64,000 bases of DNA from Syncephalis fuscata S228 (lineage: Eukaryota; Fungi; Zoopagomycota). The position numbers and the translations under genes are program-made. Location: positions 410,528-474,527 of the forward strand of contig JAHLTZ010000021.1 of the NCBI GenBank assembly GCA_025786725.1, written 5' to 3'. Under the pieces are notes generated by a model. It was not told the DNA's origin and ran no database searches. It saw nothing but the letters and a program-made list of their open reading frames with translations. How positions within the stretch are numbered: position 1 is the first letter of the stretch; every line of letters starts with the position of its first letter. This document shows, piece by piece, positions 44,365-57,775 of this stretch.

Positions 44365-46550
44365 TAAAGAAAAAATGTTGGTTGGCATTTACTTTGCACT
44401 CTCCTTCCCCCTACTCTAGTCCAATCAATGTTTTTACGCAATTAAGCATAATGATTTAAGTAATTGATTTGTGTTTAAATTATTATTCTCAATAAATATT
44501 AATGTAATATTATTACTTATTATCATTTCCATAAAATAGCATCAAATGTAATAGAAAATTGTATTAGTAATAATATTAAGCATTTCAATAAAGAGTGTAA
44601 CATACCATTTGATTTTATCAAAACATTTGAGACTGATCATTGTTGTTGTTGGTCATGTGTAGAAAGACTAATTGAACATTTATAGAAGCCATATGGTTAT
44701 GATCCCATGTCATTCTGCATTTGTTGTTATTGCATCTATGTACAGCATGGATTATTGCATCTGAATGGTCTGTTTCATTTTCTAATTTCTACTATTGCAT
44801 TATGGGCATATTTATGATGCAGGATTAATATTAATATAACTATTATAAATGTCGTTTATTAAACAGCCACTTTCCCTATAGCCAATCTGACTAAATAAAT
44901 GGCATTTGAGCAATTAATATCATAGTGACAATGTATATATTAAAATGATAATAATGATACCTAATTAAACAATTAGATTAATAAACCAATAAACAAACAA
45001 ACGATTAATTGACTACTTAAATAACTAAAAGTATGATTTAAAGGATTGAAATGGTGAAATGGTTAAAAGTAGGAACACAATATAAGATAGCTTGGGATAT
45101 ATAATCATACAGCATAGAATGAATAGACAAAAGGCAATAGATGAATAATAATAACAGCAAAGCTATAATATATGTGACTGAGTGAGAGCAATGAACTAAA
45201 TGAATTGAAATTCATAACAAATATAACTAGCAATAGACAGTTTTATTAGTAGTGTATGATGATCATATAATTCAGCATTAATTAGCAGTGCCATTTGAAG
45301 GAAAAGATCAATTATACTGAATGTCATTTGATCTTCGGAGCTACTCACTATTGTAGAACATGCTCAGCAATAAATAATGTATTATGAAAAATTAAAGCCA
45401 TTTAATATTAAATGTTATTATTATAGAGCAACTGCCAATAAAGTATGGAGTGTAATAGAAAAATACAATAAGTCTATTTTCTTAAGAACAAGTGTAGTTA
45501 TAAAAGGTGGCATTATTAAAATAATAAAGCATAATCATATTTTAAAAGATAGAGCAACAAGCCAGTAATTTAAATGAATGAATAAATAGTACGATGCTAA
45601 TGCCAGTAGAAACATGCACAGTGTATCCAGTACAATGGCCGGTGGTGAATCAAGGCTTTCTCATTTCTACCACCTATTACTACAAGAAATTAAATTGACG
45701 CTGTTGCATCAACATCATAATCAAACTATAGCATTTTATTGTAAGTAACCTAAAATACTATTTAGCATTGATTAACATCGAATATTAAAAAATAGTGCAG
45801 ACTGATTCATCTCCAATTAGTTCAATTAAAGTTGATGTGGCACTGCTTCAACAAATAACACTTTTCAGTATTAAAACTGATCGACGGTTACTATTCGAGC
45901 TATGAATCTTTTTGTCCTTCAGTTTGAGGCTAAGAGCCCAAAGTACAATATATTTTATATAGTAATACAAATCCTACATTTATATCAAGGCTGTTGATTT
46001 CATTTATATAATAACTATTTAGTAATTAAATAATTCCTTTATCGATTAAGTATATTTATTATGAACTAAACGAATCGCTTTAAATTTTAACACATTATAT
46101 GCCAAGACAATATTTATGATAATCATTTCATTCGATCACATATTTCGTCGCTAAACACATATAAATTCTTAAAATTAATTACTTATACCGTGCCTTTCTA
46201 CCAATCCAGTTCTTATCGTTATTAACTTGTATCTTCGGCATTACAGCATACTATTTATAGAAGAAAGTCATAGTCCCAAATAGTCCTTTATATATAAAAA
46301 ACCTGTAAAGATATCCACTTGTTTTATGAACGAATTCTGCGACAGTGTATCATTGTCAATATCCTGTTTGAATGCATAACTTTACATGAATGGAATAAGC
46401 TGGTGTAACTATACCTATCTAGAAAGAATTTCCACGATATCCGGTATTTAAATAGACTTCAGTTTTCGTCATCTTAGTGTGGTTGAAATCCCGCCTTTTT
46501 TCTACCTCAATAACCACTTTTCTATTGACCACTTTTTATCTATTGTTAAA

Positions 46551-47957
46551 ATGAGTCGAGAAACCAACCGACAAGCCACGCGTGTAGCGCGACTAGCGTC
46601 CATGTCACGCGGCCCAGACTCGCCTGGCTTTCTCGCTCTGCCGTCACCAAGCTTAATATTGGCAGACACTGATGACCAAAGCATGTTGGATCCATACTTC
46701 CATCCGACGCCTACACTAGCTTTTTCTTTCTACAATTTCTTCCTTGGCTCCTATGCTAATATACTACTTTTGGCGAGTCCTTTAGGGTTTATTGCATACT
46801 ATGCTGGTTGGAGCGGGACATGGATATTCACGCTGAATTTCCTAGCAATTATTCCGCTAGCTAGTATGTTAGGCTATGCCACGGAAGAAATTGCTTTGCG
46901 CTTTGGCGAAACCATTGGTGGATTGTTGAATGCAACATTCGGTAATGCTGTAGAATTGATCATTGCCATTGTTGCTGTCAAAGATGGTTTAATTCGTGTT
47001 GTGCAAGCATCGTTGCTTGGCTCAATTCTTTCAAATTTGTTATTGGTAAGAAGGATTGATATTATAGAAATGGATATGTAGCTAACAGCAATAATTGAAT
47101 AATTAGGTACTTGGCTTTTGCTTCTTGCTTGGCGGATGTAAATACTCTGAACAAACGTTCAGTTTAACTGCTGCTTCAAACTACGCTTCTTTATTGGCAT
47201 TGAGTTGTTTGTCGTTGCTCATTCCAGCTGCTTTCTGGATGACCTTGGCCGATCACGACAAAGCCAGTGAAGCCGTGCTTCAATTGTCGCACATTTCAGC
47301 CATCTTTTTGTTAATTATCTATTTGCTCTTCCTTTACTTCCAATTACACACGCATGCTCATCTTTATGAAACTGTTCAAGAAGAAGTAGTTGTAGACACC
47401 CGCCATCCATTGCACAACGATAACTTATCTGATGATGGCCAAAGCGCTCAACTTAAGGAACAAGATGAGGATGATGATAATGAGTATCCAACACTCACAT
47501 TGTCATTTGCTATGGCAGCACTTGTTGGCGTTACTATTCTTGTTTCCTTCCATGCTGACATGCTTGTAGCAGCTATCGAGTCCATCACTAAGGGCGGTGT
47601 ACTTACTGACACGTTTGTTGGTTTGATTCTACTTCCAATCGTCGGTAATGCCGCCGAACATATGACTGCCGTTACTACCGCCATGAAAAACAAGATGGAT
47701 TTAGCTATTGGTGTTGCACTTGGTTCTAGTATGCAGATTGCTTTGCTTGTCACTCCATTGCTGGTTATCATTGGCTGGATCATTGGCCAACCAATGACTT
47801 TGTTCTTCCATGGCTTTGAAACTGTTGTAATGTTGTTTCTGTGCTTATCACCAACTATCTTATTATGGATGGCAAGAGTAACTGGCTGGAAGGCGCTATG
47901 TTGTTGGGAACCTATGCAATTGTCGCTGTCGCTTTCTTCTACTACCCTGAGGCTTAA
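46551..47957 (+). CDS. VCX1: Vacuolar Ca2+/H+ exchanger (CAX/VCX1); one apparent 1-nt deletion near 47834
   Basis: [48 protein letters not shown] lies in the shifted frame. Intron 47046-47106. Confidence 0.9.
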
Positions 47958-47969
47958 TTACTGTTTTTA

Positions 47970-48135
47970 TGCAAATGTTTGTGTAAATTGCTATTAAATA
48001 CGCTATTAACTGCTACGGCATAAGAAAACATTTAAATTGTTATTATCAATAGACAAATATTTGTGTAAATTGCCATTAACTACATGATTAATTGTTATGG
48101 CATAAAATGCTTAGATTGTTATTATCAATATGCAA
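47970..48135 (+). repeat. Degenerate ~80-bp tandem duplication between the VCX1 and DCP2 3' ends
   Basis: caaatrtttgtgtaaattgc...ttgttattatcaata occurs twice. Confidence 0.6.
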
Positions 48136-48187
48136 AACGCGTACAATAAGAAACATAGTCACGTCAATAATGAGTATTAAATTTAAA

Positions 48188-50142
48188 CTATTTTGGCCGT
48201 AGAATGTCCAAAAGAGCCAACGCCGCCGATGATGAAGTGTTATTAATATCTACTGGTAATGCATCATGGTGTATACCATTACCAGCTGATGTTGAGACGC
48301 GAAATTCTGATAGCCATTTGCTAAAGGTCTTCTGCTGGCTTATAGACATGCGGATACTCTGCTGGTGATCCACCTGCCATAGAATAATCATATGTTGGCA
48401 TGCCATAAGTGGGACGGCCTGTATTGTTATTTACAAGCGGCTCATTTGAATTGGATAGCATATGCGATGTAATTCCTGGTGCTAGTGCTGGTGGCTGCTG
48501 TGCCTGCGGTAAAGGATAAGCTGGTAGTCCAGTTATCGGCTTACCTTGTAATGTAGCTAGTAATCGATCGCCAACATTCGTAGCATGCACATTAGAAGCA
48601 GGCTCATTTGTTGGCGCTGCCATTTGTGGCGGCCGTATCGTTCACCGCTGACCACTGGATGGGATTGGTTAGTATTTCTATTTAACATCGTTGTGCCATT
48701 ATCAGATGAAGACACTAGCTGTAACAATGCACTCATTGGATCGGTATTAGATCCAGAATTAGTCATACTATTTAAATACTCCAACAATGCTGCACTGCTA
48801 TCAACCGGATGCTGTGGGCGATGATCTGGCTGGACGGTATGCATTTGCTCACTTTGATATTTACTGCGAGTTCGACGGTGTTCCCTCTTTCCATGGCCAT
48901 TTTGACGGCCTTTAGCAGGCTGTGGCAGCTGGAGACGTTCACTTTCCGTGTCTTTGACCACATCAAGTTCCAAATGGCTGTGCGTATGCGATGTATTTGA
49001 CACTACCGTGCCAGCCAATGAACCACGTCTTGATGTTGGTGCGCTAGATCCGGCATCACCTTGACGGCGTCGTTCAATCCAACGACGTAAATCACTTTTA
49101 ATAAACATGATTATTAGATTGTTTAGCATATAGTTCTAGTAGATAAACACTTACTTTACAAAAGGAATCACCATATAGAATCGATTTCTGTTGTTGTTGT
49201 TGTTATTTGGACCATGCGATGGTGTCGCTGATCCTATTGCAACATGATGATTGCCTTCACGTTTAACACGATAGGTAGGCAAATCCAATAGTCGATACCA
49301 TGATATTTTCTATTCATCAATAAAATAAGCGACTATACACTGTTAAATAACGCCAAATACCTACACTAATCTCTTTGCGCGTCTGTGGATTAAACTGCGT
49401 CGATTCAGGAATACCTGGTATAATAAACAGTCGAATATGCTGTTCGCGAATAGTACGCTCCAGGTAGATATCTTCATCGACTAAAGGCGATAGATCAAAT
49501 CCTGTTTCTTCAAATACCTACGTGCCAATAGTGGCCATATACGATTAGAAGCCATAATGTAGCCACTTCTATAAGCATATATATATACCTCTCGTGCCGC
49601 ACAGCTCGCATACGATTCATCTTTGTTGATCTTGCCTCGTGGAAATCCCCAGCCGGCCTTAGAAGTCCAGCCTTTGACGAGAAGACATTTGTCAAGTGTT
49701 TCGTTAAGAATAATGGCCCCGCACACTGGTACGCGGAATTTATAGGTAAGAAAATCGCCATATGCCTTTTCATGCTCATCTGCCCAGTGTTGTAATAAAG
49801 GACAATGCCGAAAGAGTAGACTAGTCATGGTGTAGTTAATAGCTTATAACACCGTGTAGAACAATGATTACTGGCATTTAAAGGATATTTTTTGCAGAGA
49901 ATTGCTTTAGAGAAAAGCTTGGAAGGCTTGGATTTTGTTCGCGAATAAAATCTTCATAATACCAATGAGCCTGCTCTACTTGAAAGCATATTCGTTCCAC
50001 GGAGGCTAGCTCTTCTTCTGGTACATTAATGATAAAGCGGCTGGATTACTGTGTCAATCGCAGCACCAGCAGTTATTTTATATATTACTAACCTTGACAA
50101 ATCATCAAGTACTTCGGTAAATGTTGCCGTAGCAAACGCCAT
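48188..50142 (-). CDS. DCP2: mRNA decapping enzyme catalytic subunit
   Basis: [37 protein letters not shown], Nudix [27 protein letters not shown], Leu-rich HLM-like motifs in the C-terminus. Confidence 0.93.
49816..49888 (-). other. U12-type AT-AC intron in DCP2
   Basis: 5' ATATCCTTT, CCATGAC close to the terminal AC. Splicing gives FSAKIFRHCPLL. Confidence 0.9.
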
Positions 50143-51466
50143 TGTGCAATCCACGCCGGCCAAATAAGAAATAAACGAGACAAATAAAACAAATATTCAC
50201 AGGATGAGTTATGATGATAATAGTAGTAGTAGTAGTGGGAAGGCTTTTACGTATATCAAGTAAACAAGTACGCAATCACTCAGCAGTACAAGCTGCACGA
50301 AGCCAGTCCAAGCGCAGTCAGTTATTTATACGAAAAAGTATAGCCACAAAGCAGTACAGTAAGTAGTTTGTATTATCCTATGCTTGCATGTACAATATAA
50401 CAAAGCATCACAAAGATAGACGTAGTTAGATGACGAAAGAAGAATGTTTAAACGGTGAAGGTGCAAAATAGCTGAACAACTATGTAGTCGTATTTATTAA
50501 CCATTTACATATTATTTCTACACAATAGTGATGTGTAGCATTGGATCCACTATGTTTAAATATAATGTTGCATTTTACCAATTTATCCGTAGAATAAATA
50601 CGACATGTAACAATTAATGAAATGTATTAGTTTACATACTAGTTGTTTACTTTGATTTGATTTGATTTCTAACAGCAAGTATTTATAAAATTATCGACTT
50701 ACTGCTTACGAAATAATTACAGACTTATATGTAACTACTTACCTTGCATAATACATTATCTATAAAGTCATATTACTTTAATTTATTTTTATTTATTTAT
50801 TTCACTAAACAAGTACTAACCAAAACTATTGAATTTAAATTTAAAGAGATTATTTATTCGTGCAATTGATATATGTATTTTTTATTATTTATTGACACTA
50901 TCAAATTCGTCATTTCATACAGTCTGGTCCCTATAATTCGTAATGTCGTTAAATTCATATATTTAAGTACGATAGTGACCAAGATAATAAACTGTTTTGA
51001 AAGCAGGCTGATAATTAACAACTAGATGTGTAATAATCTTTATATGTTTAATTAGCATATTGGTTTATATAGCAATAGTTATTCCTTTAATTTAATAATA
51101 ATAATAACGCCAATATGTTAATAACGTTGACGATTACAGTTTATTTCGTCATTGTTCATATAAACAACTATATTATGAATAACTTATCACTACCAGTTAG
51201 TTGGGCAGAATCAACGTTAGTATACCACTATTACATAAAGTGGTATGTAGTATATACTAAATGTACATTGCCACATCTGCATCCATATATATATATATCT
51301 AACACATCTCATGTATTATTTACATAATAATGATGTACTGGCTATTACACTTCATTGCTGATTAAATGGGTGTAAAAGAATGCGCAAAATGTGTGCAATG
51401 TGATATTAGTGATGTGTACTAATTATTACATCATTATTGCGTAAAAAAGTACGTAAAAATATACAC

Positions 51467-52767
51467 TGTCGGACTTTGAATTTTTGCCTGACTAAATTAC
51501 ACACCACTCCACCCGGCACCAAATATTCACCATATGACTAGTCATATGAATTATCTATTCATATGATCAATCCGATGACTAGCCATATGAACTCACTCCT
51601 GACTAACCCATGATCTTATGACGATGATCGCCGACGTCATAGTATCATTATTACTATTATTATTACTATTACTATTATTATTACTATTATCACACGGCTA
51701 TACTAATTATTTTAGTATAAAAACCAACTCATTTTATTAACTAATAAACGATATCTTACATCCAATTGTTGAACTGTCTTATCTAACACACACATTCTAT
51801 TGATCAAGTCCTACGATAGTCAGAAAGTAGTGACTTTGACGACATTATTTGGCGAGCACCCGTTTACAAGACCAACTTTACATAGTTAAAGTCTCTTGTA
51901 AGGACCATGGATAAAAATCAGCAATTGCCGGAAAGTCGAGGCCAAGAGGCTACGTACGGACTTAAGGAGCAAGGGACCTCCAATCCGCTCGATTTGGTAC
52001 CGGAGCATGTAAGGTCGATACTGGAAGAACAAGCAAGGGCGTACCTGAATACGCAGAAATTACCAATAAATCAAGCAATTTATTCCCCGACATCATGGTC
52101 GGCCTGGCAAGCATATGAACCGAATTCAAGAAATCAAGATATGAAATTCGACAAATTTATTGAAACATTTACTGGCCGCGAAGACCCAGTAAACTGGCTA
52201 TTTGAACACTTTAACACTGCAGCGAGAAGGAACCGCTGGACCGATCAAGACTGCTTAGTAGCAGTAGAAACATATTTATCAGATGCCGCATTGGCATGGT
52301 GGACAGGTATTAGAACACGCATCTACCGATGGTGTTCAGGTGAAAAACACAGAGGATTTGAGCCTGGTTGTTTTGTACACGCGTTTGTGCAACGGTTTGT
52401 TACACCAGAAATGCGCGATTTGTGGAACAGACAATACAGTCAATGCCGATTACAAGGAAAAGAAGATGTGGCCAATTTTGCCGACCGTTTACGCGAATTG
52501 GTAAAAAGGATCAGCTTGTGCCGCCTGATTCAAGACGACGAGGTAAGTGAGAAATTTAAACAAGGTCTAACTACACCTTTAAAGGACGCAATAAGCGACT
52601 TTGAGGTAAACAAAGATATCGATTCTATGACATTTGAGGAACGTGTAGAAATTGCACTACGGTTTGAATACCATAGACGTCGTAATTTAGGTGATGATTA
52701 CAAGAAAAATTACTCAATGGAAACGCAGTCAACTGGACCAACGTACCGCACGCCGACAAGAACGCAG
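51467..52767 (+). mobile_element. Gypsy element A, 5' part: LTR 51467-51844, PBS-like TGGCGAGCACC, gag 51907-52767 cut by element B
   Basis: TG...CA 378-bp LTR identical to the reverse complement of 62383-62760. Retrotransposon gag (FTGREDPVNWL..YLSDAALAWW). Confidence 0.9.
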
Positions 52768-52939
52768 TGTAACGATATTATATTCGTTACGGGAAATAAT
52801 TGTATAATTTAAATATTATGCAATTATTTTCCCACAACACCTTAAATTAAGACTCCGCAAAGCTTATAAATAACACACATTTTCTGTTTAATAAAAGATA
52901 ATCTTTATTCCATTATATCCTATTTTACGGTTGTTACAT

Positions 52940-52957
52940 TGGTAGCAACGGGTAGTT
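52940..52957 (+). promoter_or_regulatory. Primer binding site of element B, initiator-tRNA-Met type
   Basis: TGGTAGCAACGGGTAGTT is complementary to ...AACUACC-CGUUGCU-ACCA (A1-U72 pair and A-rich T-loop end typical of tRNAiMet). Confidence 0.7.
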
Positions 52958-52965
52958 ACTAGTAT

Positions 52966-53302
52966 TTGCGTTTGTCGCACCGTTTATTTTGCGTTTGTCG
53001 CACCGTTTATTTTTGCGTTTGTCGCACCGTTTATTTTGCGTTTGTCGCACCGTTTATTTTTGCGTTTGTCGCACCGTTTATTTTGCGTTTGTCGCACCGT
53101 TATTTTTGCGTTTGTCGCACCGTTATTTTTGCGTTTGTCGCACCGTTTATTTTTGCGTTTGTCGCACCGTTTATTTTGCGTTTGTCGCACCGTTATTTTT
53201 GCGTTTGTCGCACCGTTATTTTTGCGTTTGTCGCACCGTTATTTTTGCGTTTGTCGCACCGTTATTTTGCGTTTGTCGCACCGTATATCGCGTTTGTCGC
53301 AT
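52966..53302 (+). repeat. 15-copy 22-24 nt tandem array (TTTTGCGTTTGTCGCACCGTT(T)A) in the leader of element B
   Basis: Counted directly. Invariant core GCGTTTGTCGCA with variable T runs. Confidence 0.95.
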
Positions 53303-53417
53303 TGTCCTCTTTTCAATTTTATTTTATTTTTGCTTATCAGTGTTTGAAAATAAGCACCGCTGTTTTAAAATTACGATTCAGTATATAGTACACGTTGAGA
53401 CTGATTTTATTCTCACC

Positions 53418-54275
53418 ATGAATTCCCGCTCACCACTCACACACACCGAAAAGTTCACCGGTGATTCCAGTTTGCCTGTGGAACATTGGTGTAACATGGT
53501 AGAAGACGCATGGGAATTGGGTACATTTACAGACGAACAAAAACGTATAATGGCGTCCCAACAACTATCGGGACCAGCGGCAGTTTGGTATCAATCGATA
53601 CGCGGCGGTAATACGCCATATAGCACGTGGGAACAACTGAGGGACGGAATTTTAGAACGTTTTGGTGGCAATCGATCAGCGGACATCGCGCGTTTGGAAC
53701 TCACACGATTGCGCTGGACAGAAGATAAAGACATTGAAGAACATATTACAAATTTCACAGCACTGCGTAGCCGAATTCCAGATGCCGCTGACATGGAATT
53801 GGTTACGGCATTTCGACTTACGTTGCCGCCGGAATACTTAACCGATTCGATACATAATAAACCCACCAATATCAACGAAGCTTATGCTTCCACACGTGCT
53901 TTCTATTACTCAAGGAAACATGGATTACAACACTTAATACCACCACCAACTAAATCTAATAACGGCCCAACACCAATGGATTTAGATACTATAGTCCAAG
54001 CTTTAAATAGTTTAGGTTTTATTAATAATCGTAGCAGCAATAATAGCAACAGCAGTAATTACAATAACCGTAACAATTACAATAACGGGCCTAAATGTTA
54101 CACATGTAACAAACGTGGTCATCTAGCCAGAAATTGTAATCGCAATAACAACCGTAATTACAATAACCGCGATAACAACAATCAACAACAATCTAACAGC
54201 TTAGATTTACAATCAACAAATGTCGACGTCCAAGCAAACAACAACGTAATTCAGGGAAACGACAACCGTCAGTAA
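53418..54275 (+). CDS. gag: Gag of element B with CCHC zinc knuckle
   Basis: ATG 53418, [21 protein letters not shown]. Confidence 0.9.
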   Translation: MNSRSPLTHTEKFTGDSSLPVEHWCNMVEDAWELGTFTDEQKRIMASQQLSGPAAVWYQSIRGGNTPYSTWEQLRDGILERFGGNRSADIARLELTRLRWTEDKDIEEHITNFTALRSRIPDAADMELVTAFRLTLPPEYLTDSIHNKPTNINEAYASTRAFYYSRKHGLQHLIPPPTKSNNGPTPMDLDTIVQALNSLGFINNRSSNNSNSSNYNNRNNYNNGPKCYTCNKRGHLARNCNRNNNRNYNNRDNNNQQQSNSLDLQSTNVDVQANNNVIQGNDNRQ

Positions 54276-57200
54276 TTAAGTGCGGCACACTTACTGACGG
54301 CCAGGTTGCCGCTAATACTCCGATACCACCCGGATTTGAGCAGTCTACACTCATTCAAGGTCGCGCTAGCTCCGGTTTAATTACAGTAGCACCCACAATC
54401 AATGGTGTTCCAGCCCATGTATTAATCGATTCTGGTGCATCCACCAACTTTATGGATATTGAATTTGCCAAGAGGGCTCAAGTACATGTTACGAAACAAG
54501 CAAATTCAACCAATGTAAAGTTGGGAAATGGTATGGAGTGCGGTGTATCTGGTACTGCTAATAAAGTGCCTATTATTTTCAATTATCTGAAAGAACAAAT
54601 TGATTTTACTATTATGAAATTGGGCAACTATAATGCAGTGCTAGGTATGCCATGGTTAAGAAAACATGAAGCGCAAGTAGATTGGAAGACCGGTGTTATT
54701 AATTCTAATTGTAATTCAGCACCCAAAAGTACATTAGAAATTATCGACAAAATTCAGCCTTCATTCATGTCAATAGAAGAAGTCGAGCAAACAGAAGCCA
54801 ATGATATGATTTTATTAGCGATGATAAAAGAAAACAAAGAAAAAAATGATACATCGTTAAATGGCCGTTACGCGCGATTGTTGGGTGAATTTGCCGATGT
54901 TGGACCAGAAGAATTACCACCTGGTTTACCACCAAAAAGAGACATTGATATATGTATCAATTTGGTGCCACATCAGCAGTCACCATTTCGGCCTACATAC
55001 CATCTGGCAAAGAAAGAGTTAGACGAGTTGAAGAAACAGATCGATGATTTGTTAGAAAAAGGCTTTATTAGGCCTAGTACATCACCATTTGGTGCACCTG
55101 TACTATTTGTGCGGAAGAAAGGAGGTGATTTACGTATGTGTGTGGATTACAGAATGTTAAACGCACAAACAATTCGTGATCGTTATGCGTTGCCACTGAT
55201 CGATGAATTATTCGATCAGTTACATGGGGCGAAAGTATTCTCAAAAATAGATTTGAGAAGTGGATATCATCAAATAAGAGTAAATGAAGATGATATTCAC
55301 AAAACAGCGTTTAGAACGCGCTATGGGCATTATGAGTGGACGGTGATGGGATTTGGATTGACTAATGCACCGTCAGTATTTATGCGATTAATGCATAATG
55401 TATTTCATAAATTACTAGACAAGTGTGTAGTGGTATTTTTGGATGATATTTTAATATTTAGTAAAAATCATACCGAACATGAGTGGCACTTACGGCAAGT
55501 GCTACAATTACTAAGAGAAAACAAATTATATGCCAAATTAAGCAAATGTGAATTTGGTAAAGATGAGGTGGAATTTTTGGGACATATTGTTAGTGGCGAT
55601 GGTATAAGACCACTACACGATAAAGTAATGGCTATTGCAAATTGGCCTATACCAAACAATCTGAAAGAACTGCGCTCTTTCCTCGGACTAACTGGCTATT
55701 ATAGACGGTTTATTCGTGGATATGCTGATACTGCACGGCATTTAAGTCAATTGACTAAGAATGATGAGCCATTCACATGGGGAGATAATCAAAATACAGC
55801 ATTTGACACACTACGTAATGCGATAGTTACAGCACCGGTATTGGCTATACCAAATGTTAATGCGCCATTTATCGTTACTACGGATGCATCGGATTATGCA
55901 ATTGGTGCAGTATTATCACAAATAACTGATAATAATGAACATCCTGTTGCATTTATGTCACGTATATTACAGGCAGCCGAAAAGAATTATGCTACATACG
56001 ATAAAGAAATGTTAGCTATTCTAGAAGCTACTAAGTTATGGCGCCCATATCTTAGTTATGGCCATTTCGTAATATATACTGATCATGCACCGCTTACGCG
56101 CCTGTTTAAGCAAAAGGAAATGTCATCACGCCAAACGCGTTGGATTGAGCAGTTGCATCAATATGATTTTGATATCATATATAAGCCAGGCTGTGCTAAT
56201 GTTGTAGCCGATGCATTATCACGACGTACATCGCCTAGTTATAACGCTATAAATGCTACAAACCTCTCTTTATTCCAACAGCGTGTTTTAGCTGGTTACG
56301 ATCATGATGAACACTTTACAGGTGTAAAGAATGTTCTTATGGGAGGAAGGGCTGCAGGCAATGCTGCGGCAGTTAAAATTTCGCGACATTTTCGGCTTGA
56401 TGATCATGGATTAATGTACGAGTTAAAAGACATTGAACCACGATTATGCATACCAAATTACGATAATCTATATTTGGATATACTTAATGATCATCACGAT
56501 GCAGCTGCTCACTTCGGCGAAGAAAAGACTATTGCAGCAATTAAGCGTAAATATTATTGGCCTGGATTGTCCAACATGACAAAGCGTTATATTAGGTCAT
56601 GTGAAGTGTGCCAACGCACTAAACACTCCCAGCAGTTACCTGGTGGACTATTGCAACCACTTCAAATTCCGGAAGGACGTTGGCGCGATATTGCAATGGA
56701 TTTTATAGTGCAATTGCCACGTACTAGTAGTGGTTATGATGCTATTTTTGTTGTAGTCGACCGCTTTACTAAGCGCGCTCACTTCGTACCGATGAAGACG
56801 ACAGCTACGGCTGTTGATGTTGCACAATTGTTCATGCAGAACATTGTACGTCTTCATGGCATGCCCCGCTCTATTGTATGCGACCGTGACGCCAAGTTTA
56901 CCAGTAAATTTTGGCAAGAACTACATAAAATACTTAACGTACGTATATTTATGTCAACAGCATTTCATCCCGAAACAGATGGCCAAACAGAACGCATAAA
57001 CCGCACGCTAGAACAATTATTACGTACATGCGTTAACTATCAGCAAAATGACTGGGATCAACATTTAGCATTAGTTGAATTTGCGTACAATAATGCTAAG
57101 CAATCATCAACTGGTAAATCGCCATTCTATACTGATTTGGGTAGCCACCCCTACATGCCAGACGATTTAGTACGACAACACAACTTCGGCAACAAAACTA

Positions 57201-57775
57201 ACGTGCAAAGTACTGCTGCATTCCTGCAAAAGATGAATGACATTTATTTAGAAACACGCGAAGCGTTAAAGAAAGCACAAGAACGACAAAAACAATATGC
57301 AGATCAGAAACGAAGAGAAGTAGAATTTAAAGTTGACGATATGGTGCTGTTATCAACAAAGAATTTGACACCAGAAGCGGAACGTGAACGACCAAAACGT
57401 AAATTGGCTCATCAATTTACGGGACCATTTAAGGTCATTCAACGGGTATCGACTGTAGCGTACAAACTACAATTAGCACCTAACATGAAAATACACAATG
57501 TGTTCCATGTTAGTCTGCTAAAGAAGTACGAAGAAAACCCGCCAGAGTTTGTAGATCGTTACCCGCCACCGCCACCACCGGAAATAATAGATGGCAACGA
57601 AGAATACGAAGTAGAAAGCATATTAGCTAAACGTGTCAAACGCAACAAAATAGAATATCTCGTTAAATGGAAAGGCTATGCGGAACATGATGCAACCTGG
57701 CAATCGTTACGTGACTTAGACAACGCATCAATACTAGTACAAGAGTATGAAAAGCAACACCAGAGTCGGCGTTAA
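54254..57775 (+). CDS. pol: Pol of element B (PR-RT-RNaseH-IN-chromodomain), reached by -1 frameshift
   Basis: VLIDSGAS upstream of the annotated ATG and in frame, [16 protein letters not shown], integrase core, C-terminal [16 protein letters not shown] chromodomain. Confidence 0.95.
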   Translation, partial: GKRQPSVIKCGTLTDGQVAANTPIPPGFEQSTLIQGRASSGLITVAPTINGVPAHVLIDSGASTNFMDIEFAKRAQVHVTKQANSTNVKLGNGMECGVSGTANKVPIIFNYLKEQIDFTIMKLGNYNAVLGMPWLRKHEAQVDWKTGVINSNCNSAPKSTLEIIDKIQPSFMSIEEVEQTEANDMILLAMIKENKEKNDTSLNGRYARLLGEFADVGPEELPPGLPPKRDIDICINLVPHQQSPFRPTYHLAKKELDELKKQIDDLLEKGFIRPSTSPFGAPVLFVRKKGGDLRMCVDYRMLNAQTIRDRYALPLIDELFDQLHGAKVFSKIDLRSGYHQIRVNEDDIHKTAFRTRYGHYEWTVMGFGLTNAPSVFMRLMHNVFHKLLDKCVVVFLDDILIFSKNHTEHEWHLRQVLQLLRENKLYAKLSKCEFGKDEVEFLGHIVSGDGIRPLHDKVMAIANWPIPNNLKELRSFLGLTGYYRRFIRGYADTARHLSQLTKNDEPFTWGDNQNTAFDTLRNAIVTAPVLAIPNVNAPFIVTTDASDYAIGAVLSQITDNNEHPVAFMSRILQAAEKNYATYDKEMLAILEATKLWRPYLSYGHFVIYTDHAPLTRLFKQKEMSSRQTRWIEQLHQYDFDIIYKPGCANVVADALSRRTSPSYNAINATNLSLFQQRVLAGYDHDEHFTGVKNVLMGGRAAGNAAAVKISRHFRLDDHGLMYELKDIEPRLCIPNYDNLYLDILNDHHDAAAHFGEEKTIAAIKRKYYWPGLSNMTKRYIRSCEVCQRTKHSQQLPGGLLQPLQIPEGRWRDIAMDFIVQLPRTSSGYDAIFVVVDRFTKRAHFVPMKTTATAVDVAQLFMQNIVRLHGMPRSIVCDRDAKFTSKFWQELHKILNVRIFMSTAFHPETDGQTERINRTLEQLLRTCVNYQQNDWDQHLALVEFAYNNAKQSSTGKSPFYTDLGSHPYMPDDLVRQHNFGNKTNVQSTAAFLQKMNDIYLETREALKKAQERQKQYADQKRREVEFKVDDMVLLSTKNLTPEAERERPKRKLAHQFTGPFKVIQRVSTVAYKLQLAPNMKIHNVFHVSLLKKYEENPPEFVDRYPPPPPPEIIDGNEEYEVESILAKRVKRNKIEYLVKWKGYAEHDATWQSLRDLDNASILVQEYEKQHQSRR

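Noticed and set aside
44400-46450. 2-kb gene-free interval, possible hidden gene or ncRNA
   Set aside because: No consistent exon chain, repeat or RNA motif found by eye.
52966-53302. CRISPR-like array, and the 428-aa, 140-aa and 103-aa ORFs across it
   Set aside because: No unique spacers and a eukaryotic retrotransposon context. The ORF extensions are artefacts of a stop-free repeat, and gag starts at 53418.
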